Virus record (IMG/VR): IMGVR_UViG_3300025769_000158
Coordinates: 1-53,296 of that record
Direction: 5' to 3' (one strand)
DNA length: 53,296 bases
From: a virus
Lineage: Duplodnaviria; Caudoviricetes
The notes under the pieces are model-generated. The model did not search any database and had not been told where the DNA came from. It saw only the letters and a list, made by a program, of their open reading frames with translations. Positions 17,780-27,200 of the stretch are shown here, in pieces. Within the stretch, counting starts at the first letter, position 1, and each line of letters begins with the position of its first letter. A program made the translations under genes and the position numbers.

Positions 17780-18061
17780 ATGTCAGAGAAAAAGTATGAT
17801 TCAGACTTGATCGGGTTCGTTGATGAACCCAAACGTGGAGACGGAGGAGAAATCCGTTCCTGGAAAATTGCCTTGAGCGCTACACACCTTGAGGATTTAC
17901 AAAAGTATAAAACCGAGAAGGGGTATGTGTATATCACTCTATTCTTTAGCCGTGCGGGTAAGCCTATGGCTAGTGTTTACAATCCTCATAGCGAAGGTGC
18001 TAAAGAGTACAAGAGTAACACCCCAAAGAAAGAAGCGGTAGAGGATGACCTACCATTCTAA
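17780..18061 (+). CDS. putative single-stranded DNA-binding protein
   Basis: Acidic C-terminal EDDLPF tail; follows the SSAP and exonuclease. Confidence 0.6.
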   Translation: MSEKKYDSDLIGFVDEPKRGDGGEIRSWKIALSATHLEDLQKYKTEKGYVYITLFFSRAGKPMASVYNPHSEGAKEYKSNTPKKEAVEDDLPF

Positions 18062-18386
18062 TCTTAAGGAAAAACTATTCCTTATGATAGCATTGAGTTG
18101 GGGGTTGCGGATAAAGAAGTCTGCTACCCCCTTCTTTGTTACTAATAAGAATGGTAAGGAGATAACTTTTTATATAGAGGTACTTAATCATAGGAATTCG
18201 GAATTGGAGTTAACCGCTCCTAAAAAAGATGCGGACTACGCAATCGTTATCATACCGAATAAAAGGGGAGACAATCTTATCCTCTTTAAATTCAAGGAGT
18301 TGTTCGAACTCCCTGATCACACCTTTGAAAGCCTCGCAAAAAAATTAATTTTTAAAGAGCGAATAGATATTAGTCATGGAGATTAA
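18045..18386 (+). CDS. hypothetical protein
   Basis: 113-aa ORF; start uncertain. Confidence 0.5.
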   Translation: MTYHSNLKEKLFLMIALSWGLRIKKSATPFFVTNKNGKEITFYIEVLNHRNSELELTAPKKDADYAIVIIPNKRGDNLILFKFKELFELPDHTFESLAKKLIFKERIDISHGD

Positions 18387-19335
18387 TCAACTAGACTTGT
18401 TCTCGGGCATCGGAGGATTCCACAAGGGATTTGAGAAGGCCGGGTATAAAGTAAACAGTTATTTTAGTGAGGTAGACAAACATGCCGTCGCTGTATATCA
18501 ATACCAATTTAAATCATCAACCTATGTCGGATCAGTTACAGATGTTCACGGAGGAGACCTCCCTAGAATCGACCTTATCACTTTTGGAAGTCCATGCCAA
18601 GACTTCAGCCTTGCTGGGAAGCGAAAGGGCATGGGTGGGGAACGCTCAAGCCTTATCCTTGAAGCAATACGGCTTATCAAACAATGCAGACCACGAGTTT
18701 TTATTTGGGAAAATGTTAAAGGAACTTTCTCCTCAAACGCTGGGGCAGATTTTGCGGGAATCCTCCAAGCCTTTGCCGACATTGGGGGTTATGACTGCGA
18801 ATGGCAACTGCTCAACACTGCGTGGTTTTTACCCCAAAATCGTGAGAGGGTGTACCTTGTCGGATATCTTGCAGAACCCCGAAGAGATTGGCGAGGAGTT
18901 TTTCCTCTCGTCGAGCCAAGTGGAAAAGATGGCGGGGTGGAAGGCGCAGGAGGACCCACTAGCAAAACTCTTACCGCAAGAGGACAACACGACCTACACT
19001 CCGGGATGCAACTCGTAAAGGTGGTCGGGTACAGTAGAGACAGCCGTGGTGTAGTTACCAATAGAAGCTTAAAAGACGAGGCTAATACATTACATACAAG
19101 CACAGGTAGTGGGGGAAACACGGATCAGTTTATAACTGATGGAAGGATACGTAGGCTAACACCTATTGAGTGTGAGCGCTTGCAAGGGTTCCCCGATAAT
19201 CATACCTTGTATGGAATCTTTGATGATGGAGTCAAAGAGGTAAGCAGGTCACAACGCTACAAGCAATGCGGGAATGCCGTGACAGTAGATGTCGTGAAAG
19301 CCATTGCGGAAAAAGTAAAACCTCTTTTTTTATGA
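18376..19335 (+). CDS. DNA (cytosine-5) methyltransferase
   Basis: DLFSGIGG (I), GSPCQDFS (IV), ENV (VI), QNRER (VIII), RRLTPIECERLQGFPD (IX), YKQCGNAV (X). Confidence 0.95.
   Translation: MEINQLDLFSGIGGFHKGFEKAGYKVNSYFSEVDKHAVAVYQYQFKSSTYVGSVTDVHGGDLPRIDLITFGSPCQDFSLAGKRKGMGGERSSLILEAIRLIKQCRPRVFIWENVKGTFSSNAGADFAGILQAFADIGGYDCEWQLLNTAWFLPQNRERVYLVGYLAEPRRDWRGVFPLVEPSGKDGGVEGAGGPTSKTLTARGQHDLHSGMQLVKVVGYSRDSRGVVTNRSLKDEANTLHTSTGSGGNTDQFITDGRIRRLTPIECERLQGFPDNHTLYGIFDDGVKEVSRSQRYKQCGNAVTVDVVKAIAEKVKPLFL
18524..19018 (+). CDS. nested +1-frame ORF inside the methyltransferase; putative beta-subunit-like partner
   Basis: 164-178 codons open in the +1 frame; MSDQLQMF start; GVMTANGNCST and TLSDILQ...EEFFLS motifs. 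Confidence 0.55.
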   Translation: MSDQLQMFTEETSLESTLSLLEVHAKTSALLGSERAWVGNAQALSLKQYGLSNNADHEFLFGKMLKELSPQTLGQILRESSKPLPTLGVMTANGNCSTLRGFYPKIVRGCTLSDILQNPEEIGEEFFLSSSQVEKMAGWKAQEDPLAKLLPQEDNTTYTPGCNS

Positions 19336-20192
19336 AGACAGTAAACTCATTAAGTGGAGGTAAGACCTCATCATATATTGCGGTGCACTACCCCGCGGAC
19401 TACGATGTATTTTCTTTGGTGCGTACCGATGACAAAGCATGTTTGTTTCCTGATCCCAAGGTTAGGCAGATAGTAAGTGATAAGCTCGGAAAGGAGTTTA
19501 TAGGAACCCTTGAGCAAGATGAAATCATATATACCATACTCGATCTTGAGCAGTTCATAGGAAGGGAAATACATTGGGTAACCGGACCCACCTTTGATGA
19601 GGTCATCGTTAGGGGCGAGCGTAAAGAGGGAGGCGCATACATATACCTTCCAAATGTTACGCAACGCTATTGCACAACCGAACTAAAGGTCAACCCCATC
19701 AAGCAATGGTGCTATGAGAATATGGAGTTGCCTATAGATATGCGCATAGGATTTAGAGCGAATGAAATCAAGCGTGCAAATTCAATGATGAACCGCTATC
19801 GCGAAGATGGATATCAATGGGACAAGTTTATTATAGGTAAGAGTAAGACCGGGAGAAGCAACAGGTATAAAGAGATGGCCTATCGTGTGTGTTCATTCCC
19901 TCTTATACATGACAACATATATAAGGATCAGATAGAATCCTATTGGAAAGACAAGCCGGTGCGCTTTGCCTACCTCAACAATTGTGTGGGCTGCTTCCAT
20001 AGAAACGAGATGCTCCTTAAACATATGTCGGATAAAGAACCTAGTAAGTTTGACTGGTTCGCAAAGCAAGAGAACGACAAAGCAAGATTTAAAAAAGGGG
20101 TGAGGTATGAAGATATCAAGTCCTATAAAATGCAATTTCAATTATTCGATGAAGACTTTAACGAATGCGATAGCGGATACTGTGGACTATGA
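19332..20192 (+). CDS. PAPS-reductase-family (PP-loop) Fe-S protein
   Basis: SLSGGKTS PP-loop, RYCT, IGFRANE, NCVGCF, C-terminal CDSGYCG; ATGA overlap with the MTase stop. Confidence 0.8.
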   Translation: MKTVNSLSGGKTSSYIAVHYPADYDVFSLVRTDDKACLFPDPKVRQIVSDKLGKEFIGTLEQDEIIYTILDLEQFIGREIHWVTGPTFDEVIVRGERKEGGAYIYLPNVTQRYCTTELKVNPIKQWCYENMELPIDMRIGFRANEIKRANSMMNRYREDGYQWDKFIIGKSKTGRSNRYKEMAYRVCSFPLIHDNIYKDQIESYWKDKPVRFAYLNNCVGCFHRNEMLLKHMSDKEPSKFDWFAKQENDKARFKKGVRYEDIKSYKMQFQLFDEDFNECDSGYCGL

Positions 20193-20508
20193 TTTAGATA
20201 CGGTGCCTTCTTACTATATAGGAAAGCATAAAGGCATAGAGGCGATGGATGTAGTGTTAGATTTCCAGAGTGACAACTACAACCTAGGAACTGCCCTAAC
20301 CTACATCATGAGGGCGGGGAAGAAGCCGGGGAACCCAATGAGTCAAGACATCATAAAAGCGATAGTACATTTAAATAGAGAACTAAACCACCAACTATAT
20401 CTAGAGAATGAAAGAAGTAACGATATACAAGAACATATTTCAAAAGGATCAGCCCTACCACAAAGATATTTCCGTAGCACTACAGCGGATAAAAGAGGGG
20501 AAGAGTAA
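20149..20508 (+). CDS. DUF3310-like protein
   Basis: PSYY...GIEAMDV...YNLGTALTYIMRAGKK...DIIKA; start uncertain. Confidence 0.7.
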   Translation: MKTLTNAIADTVDYDLDTVPSYYIGKHKGIEAMDVVLDFQSDNYNLGTALTYIMRAGKKPGNPMSQDIIKAIVHLNRELNHQLYLENERSNDIQEHISKGSALPQRYFRSTTADKRGEE

Positions 20509-22261
20509 AGACCTCATAGAACAAATAAGGGAGACGGAAGACAATAAGAAGAGGGCCGAGCTAAAGAACCAACTGCCGTGTGTATTGTGGAGCGGTGTGT
20601 TTACTGTGCGTAAGGATAGTGGACTCGCTGATCACAGCGGATTTATATGCCTCGACTTCGATCATCTTGACATCCAAAAAAACAAGGGTGTCATCGCCAT
20701 GGACCAACACGTATATGCATGTTGGGTGTCTCCAAGTGGAGACGGAATCAAAGCCCTCGTTCCTATCACAAATCCAGAAAGACATAGGGACCATTTTAAC
20801 GCGCTTGAGAAGTACTTTGACAAGACTTATGGCCTCGAGGTAGACCCAACAGGAAAGAACGAATCACGAGCGTGCTATGAGAGTTATGACCCGGAGATTA
20901 TTATCAACGATGAATGCGAAAGGTTCGGAAGCTTCTACACGGATCAGGCCGTTCAAGAAAAGAAGAATGAAAAGACCATAGAGCGAAAGCCTACTACGGA
21001 CTATGTAAAGTTTAACCTTGTTGCTACCATGATATCGAATGCGGTGGATGGTGAGAAGCACAGTGCACTACTCCGCGCATCACGACTATGTGGTGGGTAT
21101 ATCGGAGCGGGTCGGATGGAAGAGGAAGAAGCGATACATGTCCTTGAGAGAGAGATAAGCAAGAGAGATATCAACTCGATGGAGACGGCAAAAGAAACCA
21201 TCCGCACGGGCATCGAGTATGGGAAGAGCCTCCCTATCAATGAGGTGATGAGCCTTGAGAAAGAATCCAAGAGAAAGATGAGTGTCGATGATGGGGACTA
21301 CTCATTTATATCTTCGGACTCGGAAGACTTCAAGTGGATTAATAGATATGCCGAGGGCAACATCGAGATAGGATTAACCTTGGGACATGAACACTTCGAT
21401 GAATACTTTAGATACAAGAAAGAGTTTGTCATCCTCAACGGACACAGTAATGTAGGGAAGACCACCTTTTGTTTGTACCTAATGGTGAACAGTTCCGTTC
21501 ATCATGGGTGGAAGTGGTGTGTGTATTCTTCCGAGAACACTACGGCCACAGTAAAGATGAAGCTCATGGAATTCCTGGTCGACCGACCGATAGCGGAGAT
21601 GACCTACTCACAACGTAAGCATGCCTACGAATGGGTAAAGGACCACTTCATTATCTACGGGAATAGAGATATGTATTCCTACACCGACATCTTAATGTTT
21701 ACCGAGAAGTGTATGAAGCAGGGGAAGATTGACGCCCTATTTATAGACCCATACAATAGTCTTAAGATTCAAATAGGATCAGAGAATAAGATAGGTATAC
21801 ACGAGTACCACTATGAAGCGGCAAGTGAACTGCTCAACTTTGCAAACAATAATGAGATAGCCGTATGGTTAAACACCCACGCGGTAACCGAAGCACAAAG
21901 AAGAAAGGATGCGATGGGGCTACCTATTGCTCCATACGCGGAGGACAGTGAGCATGGCGGTAAGTGGGTGAATAGATGTAGCGCCTTCTTAACTATACAT
22001 AGAAAGGTGCAGGCGGAAGACCCGGTAACACGACGGACCACAGAACTACATGTTCGTAAGGTTCGTATGACCGAGACGGGGGGTCAGCCCACCCCCTTGT
22101 CTTCCCCTATAGAGTTTGAAATAAACAATCAAAAGACAGGCTTCTATCTAGTACATGGTGCTGATCGTAAGCGATTATATGAACCCATCTCCCAAAGCCT
22201 TGAGCAATATAAGAGGTACGATATCCCTAGGATGAACATGGAAGATGGAATAGTTTTTTAA
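20408..22261 (+). CDS. primase-helicase fusion (VirE-N/BT4734-like N-terminus + SF4 DnaB-like helicase)
   Basis: KNQLPCV.WSG...HSGFICLDFD and SPSGDGIK; Walker A GHSNVGKT; Walker B FIDPYN; VRKVR. Confidence 0.85.
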   Translation: MKEVTIYKNIFQKDQPYHKDISVALQRIKEGKSKDLIEQIRETEDNKKRAELKNQLPCVLWSGVFTVRKDSGLADHSGFICLDFDHLDIQKNKGVIAMDQHVYACWVSPSGDGIKALVPITNPERHRDHFNALEKYFDKTYGLEVDPTGKNESRACYESYDPEIIINDECERFGSFYTDQAVQEKKNEKTIERKPTTDYVKFNLVATMISNAVDGEKHSALLRASRLCGGYIGAGRMEEEEAIHVLEREISKRDINSMETAKETIRTGIEYGKSLPINEVMSLEKESKRKMSVDDGDYSFISSDSEDFKWINRYAEGNIEIGLTLGHEHFDEYFRYKKEFVILNGHSNVGKTTFCLYLMVNSSVHHGWKWCVYSSENTTATVKMKLMEFLVDRPIAEMTYSQRKHAYEWVKDHFIIYGNRDMYSYTDILMFTEKCMKQGKIDALFIDPYNSLKIQIGSENKIGIHEYHYEAASELLNFANNNEIAVWLNTHAVTEAQRRKDAMGLPIAPYAEDSEHGGKWVNRCSAFLTIHRKVQAEDPVTRRTTELHVRKVRMTETGGQPTPLSSPIEFEINNQKTGFYLVHGADRKRLYEPISQSLEQYKRYDIPRMNMEDGIVF

Positions 22262-22263
22262 AA

Positions 22264-22716
22264 ATGAGAAGAGGAAATAAAAGAAAGACAGGAGCGATCA
22301 ATAGAACGAAGGTTACCTATGATGGGTTGATCTTCCAATCAAAACTTGAATTGTATTGCTACAAACAATTAAAACTTGCGGGTATAGATTTTAAATATGA
22401 GCAAGATACCTATGAGATATTCCCATCGTTTCGGCATGAGGGCAGGTATGGTAAGAAAGCGGCGAGAGGATTTAGCATCAAGGACAAGCGCGTGATCAGA
22501 GCAGTTACCTACACCCCGGACTTTGTGAGTGACAAACATAAATTTATTATTGAGACTAAAGGATATGTGCCTAGCCAGCACAGTTTTCCATTAAGGTTTA
22601 AAATGTTTCTTCAATATTGTAGAGCAAATAACATGGGTGACTATGCTATCTATATACCTAGTAATCAGAAACAAGTGGATGAAGTAATAAAAGACATTGT
22701 TAATAACTCAAAATAA
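22264..22716 (+). CDS. T7 endonuclease I/DUF1064-like PD-(D/E)XK nuclease (resolvase candidate)
   Basis: FQSKLE, YEQ, YTPDF, IIETKG. Confidence 0.8.
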   Translation: MRRGNKRKTGAINRTKVTYDGLIFQSKLELYCYKQLKLAGIDFKYEQDTYEIFPSFRHEGRYGKKAARGFSIKDKRVIRAVTYTPDFVSDKHKFIIETKGYVPSQHSFPLRFKMFLQYCRANNMGDYAIYIPSNQKQVDEVIKDIVNNSK

Positions 22717-22763
22717 GAAGCAATACCTTTGTCACAATTGTTGTCTAAATTAATGACAACGCC

Positions 22764-22979
22764 ATGGACCAAAAAGAACTCGCAAAATATTACCATCTAG
22801 CTTGTGATAAAGCACACGAAGAAATAGACGCGCTTTATGAAAATCTATTTGATTACCAAGGCAATCCAATTGTTAGTCAAGAGAAGATAGTTTCGGTGTT
22901 ACAATCGACAACTCAAAGGATCAGATTAGAATTGGAGATAATTAAATCTTCTCTTCAAGAACATGATGAGTCTTCATAA
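22764..22979 (+). CDS. hypothetical protein
   Basis: 71 aa, preceded by TACCTTTG (22724-22731). Confidence 0.65.
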   Translation: MDQKELAKYYHLACDKAHEEIDALYENLFDYQGNPIVSQEKIVSVLQSTTQRIRLELEIIKSSLQEHDESS

Positions 22980-23310
22980 GTGTAGTCGATGTCAAAAGAA
23001 AAAACCTGCGAGTGAATTCCATAAGAGCAATACACGACAGGCAGGTGTCCAGAGGTATTGCAAGGAATGCAAAAGGTTGGTGGACCGCAATGGCAAAAAG
23101 GCCCACAATGGAAAGTACATCGTATACTACCTACCTAAAGAAAGGTATGTCGGCATGACTCAAAACTACAGGAAGCGAATGTACAAGCATAAGATCAGAG
23201 GCCGTAATACCCGGGGCAGTAGGATACTACTTATCACTGGGAGCAGTAAACTTGCCCACCTATTAGAAACATTACTACACCTAGTAGGTTACAAAGGGTT
23301 TCGGTACTAG
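22963..23310 (+). CDS. zinc-finger + GIY-YIG-like protein
   Basis: CSRC...YCKEC, then YIVYYL...YVGMT...R...H. Confidence 0.65.
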   Translation: MMSLHKCSRCQKKKPASEFHKSNTRQAGVQRYCKECKRLVDRNGKKAHNGKYIVYYLPKERYVGMTQNYRKRMYKHKIRGRNTRGSRILLITGSSKLAHLLETLLHLVGYKGFRY

Positions 23311-23774
23311 CCGAAATCAATGTATGTGATGGTTACTTCTTCCCCTTCTTCAATCGCTTTAGCAATCGGAGGGTAAATTCTTTTGTACGAATTAACACTT
23401 GAACCAATGAACCCATCACTATCACCAAAATTCGTTTGTTGACTATCACCAACAATGAGGCACCCAGCAGTATGCTCGTCAGTATTACCAGTGTGAATAA
23501 GAATATACTCGAAGTTAGGGACATCGCGAACCCATAACATTCCTTTGTGCATTTCCCCATACTTGCTTTTGTATCGCCCATGGAACCCACCGACTGTTCG
23601 TAATGTAATCTTATAGGTTCCTGCCGGAACGCGTGTCTCCGCCATGACCTTCACATCTCTATGCTCATCTTCTAATGTATAGCACAAGAACTCACGCTTG
23701 CCTCCGGTCACATCAAACAACAAACCATTTGTGCTATCGGCTTGACTGCTAAATCGTAGTACTTCTAATTCCAT
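23307..23774 (-). CDS. DUF5675-like putative endolysin (L,D-transpeptidase-like)
   Basis: CYTLED, RVPAGTY, ILIHTGN...TAGCLIVG; adjacent to a holin-like gene. Confidence 0.75.
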   Translation of the reverse strand: MELEVLRFSSQADSTNGLLFDVTGGKREFLCYTLEDEHRDVKVMAETRVPAGTYKITLRTVGGFHGRYKSKYGEMHKGMLWVRDVPNFEYILIHTGNTDEHTAGCLIVGDSQQTNFGDSDGFIGSSVNSYKRIYPPIAKAIEEGEEVTITYIDFG

Positions 23775-24232
23775 TATTTATCTGTGTCTTTAATTGCTGC
23801 TCCAAAGTAATATCCAAAGATCGAAAGTGCTACACCTTCAACGATACCTATTAGATGAATGAATATCTCTTTGTTTTCTTTAGGCACATCAAGGAATACA
23901 ATCGATAAGACAAGGAATGCAAACGCACCTAGACCCACAAGTCCCGTTACATTAAACAACCAATCTTTAGCACCGGCCTTTACCATATCGGCTTGGCGCT
24001 TACGGGCACTGTCACGATCAGCAACCTCGAGTTCATACATCTTCATTAGTTCGGCGTGAAGTTCAGCACGTTCCTCGGGAGTCATTAGAGGAGACTGCTC
24101 CTTACTATCGATAAGGTTCTTTACAATACCTAGCGCCCCTTGATCAGGTAGCAAGTCCCCCACCATCTCGAGGATGTGAGGGGCTTTGTCCTTAAGTAAA
24201 CTACCTATCTTACTGTCTTTAATTTTTTTCAT
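23774..24232 (-). CDS. putative holin (2 TM)
   Basis: DRDSARKR followed by two TM helices ending FGYYFG. Confidence 0.7.
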   Translation of the reverse strand: MKKIKDSKIGSLLKDKAPHILEMVGDLLPDQGALGIVKNLIDSKEQSPLMTPEERAELHAELMKMYELEVADRDSARKRQADMVKAGAKDWLFNVTGLVGLGAFAFLVLSIVFLDVPKENKEIFIHLIGIVEGVALSIFGYYFGAAIKDTDK

Positions 24233-27200
24233 TTAGTTTTTGATTAATCATTTCTTGTCTACGCTTGTACCACTCAAAGACTTTTCTATTACCGTCTTCT
24301 AATGTGATGTAACCGGTAGAGTATTTACCATTTATCTTTCTTAAGATGTTAATCTTTTGCTCGTCCGTAGCATCCTTCCAAAGAGATGTGTTAATCGTAT
24401 TTGAAAGGTCCTTGGTTCTTTGTTGACCCAGCAACATGAGCAGTTCGTTTACTTCCCCGGTAGAGAAATTGATAGGCTTTGAACCTTTATCAATAACCAT
24501 TCTCTTATTAAGAATTAAACTAGGGATAGAAGGTAATGCGTCTTCATCTCCTGTTCTTTTGTACAAGTTGTACAACTCAACCTTTAATGGGTCGTCGGTC
24601 GCGAGTCTTGTACCTGTAGGGTCAAGGAATTCATAGAATACAGGGTTTGTTCCCGGAGGAGTTTGATTAATCTTCTCACCCCATACATTAATACGGATAG
24701 GAGCCGGGTCATCACCTCGACCGAAGACACCGAAGGTTCTATCGTACACAACATTCATGAAGCGTTGATCGAAACTGTTGTCTCTATAGTCTGGTAGGAA
24801 CTCACGCTCCGCTCTAAAGAATGAAGTGAATAAGTTAGGTAGTGGAACGGCAACCATCGCCCGCGACAACTGCTCAAAGTATTTAGAAACCACGTTGACA
24901 TCCTCGGTATTCTGTAACAACTTGGTCATGTTCTCAAGACCTGTGAGGAACGACTGATCAAGCAATGCTCCAAGTGAACCTAGTGTAATGCCTAGACCTT
25001 GCTCTAGGAATTTACTAATAGCGCTTTGCTCATCAATACCATACTCTACTAGTTCTTCTTCCGTTGAGAAATTAGGCTTTCTATCAATAACCTTGAAGGC
25101 CTCAACATATGCAGCCATCACCGCTCCATACAATCCTAGTTTAGCAAACCCAATTCTACGATCAGAAGGTTGGAATGGCTCGCCTACCTCACGGCCTAGT
25201 GCCGAGACATTGATGGTAAATGGAGGCTCCACTTCGTAGGCTACACTACGAGCTTTAGGACTCAACTTATCTACGGCACCACTAACCGCTCCTTTGTCAT
25301 ACAACTTACGAGCATATAAGAATAGCATGTACCCCATGATAGCCGTGGCTAGTTTCTCTGATCTATCACGAGCGGATATTCCAGGAGAGAAGGCTTGTGC
25401 AAAAGTGATAGGGAACAGTGTAATCTCTAGCGACTGTGACAAGATGTTAAACGGAGTCTTTACAAACGGGAAGTTTGATTTGACCAAGAACTTCACAGCA
25501 TTACCAAACATACGGGTAGTGTAACTATCGCTAGCCAATGCTTTAGCACCTGCCTTATTAAATATATTTTGTACTTGCTGTGTATCAACCAACCCAAACA
25601 ATAGAGTACTATCATTCTCTTGGAAGGTTAACTTCAATCCCTTTTCTCTAGCGATTTTAAAGTGTTGTTCCGTAGGATACTTTAAGAATCTTTTTAACTC
25701 TTCACCCTCTAGGCCCAATCGTTTACCTTGTTGATATAACTCGTAACCTTCCATACCTCTATAGAATGGGCGGTCACCAAGAACAAGCAACTTAAAGTTT
25801 GATGATGCCGTGATACCAAAGATTCCTTCAAAGAGTTTCTTTGCCTTGAAGTTGATATAGTCTACTTGACTATGGAACTCTTGAGGAAGGCTGTCCTTCC
25901 CGCGCCCGAACACAGTAGCCAGGGCAACGAGTGGTTGTAGTTGATGACCCGAAGTGTATTCAAAGTCCCCGGGAGCTTGACCCGTCTTGATGGCCTTCAT
26001 TGATTCCTTTAATCCATAGAATGCACGCTGCGCCCCGTATACCATAGCGCCAAATGAAGGGCGGAGTTCACGGTTTCTAGGGTTGATCATGTACTCTATT
26101 GGAGCAGCAATGGCCTGCTGAATCAATCTTCCCGGCAATGTCAAAGCATTCGCTACGACGTTCGTTGTAATAGAGCGAAGCGTCAACAAGTTACCTTGCA
26201 TGATAGTAGAGAGTAATGTCCCCCACGTAGGAGCATTGAATTTTTGGAAGTCATTGAGAGCACCGATAGCATCTTCAAGTCTCTTTTGAGATTCCTCAAC
26301 TAGTTTGTCTAGTGTATCAAACTCTTCGGGATCAGCATCTAATACCTTATCTACATTTGAATCAAAGGCATCCTTCGCTGCGATGTATTCTTCAACAATA
26401 GTTGTGAGGTCTTCTATCGCATCTTCCTTAAGAGGAGTTCCCTTTTGCTCATACTCATTTGTGATGAGTGCAACCATACCTTCCGCGGTCTTGCCTTTTA
26501 TCTCACCGAATTGACGGAGCAGTTGTCCAAAGGTAGTACCCATCTGTGTCAACTTCGCGAGCTCGGCTTTGTATCCTGTGATGTCCCCCTCCTTACGCAA
26601 CCGCTCAAGGTATTCCACTTGTGCAAGTACAAGGATGTTTCCATCGGTATTGAAGTCTAGCCCACCACTCACTGAAGTGATGTCACGAAGTGTGTTGGTA
26701 TTCAAGGTGGCTACCACTTGTGCGGTAGACATCCCTGAAAGATTCTCTTGGATATCTCCTATGCTTTGTGGTTCATAGAAGAACTCTGATGCTTCCTCAC
26801 CCGGCTTGAGTCTACCTTTTTGAGCACGACGTGCGGCATTGAGAATGGACTCACTAAAGGCTACCTCTTGAGGCACGCCTCCTTTGAGCATGTCCACGAA
26901 TTTCTCCGTGGCCTTTCTCATCTTTAGAGCAGCCCTTCCGGTAGCGTCGCCATCACCTCCGGGTGTACCTGTCTCGGCACCTGTTCCGCTAGGTAAATCT
27001 CCTCCAGCCAATTGTCCTTCGTCAGCGACTTGCCCTTCCGTAGCAGTTCCTTCGCTATCAGTAGGTCGGTACCAACTAGGGTGTTTAATATTTCTTCCTC
27101 TTGGCGTGTCTGTGTCTGTGTCTTTTTCATCAAAGTATTTTTTAATTTCATTTTGTACATCTGCAATATCTTCTCCCTTATAGTCATTGTAGATTTTTGC

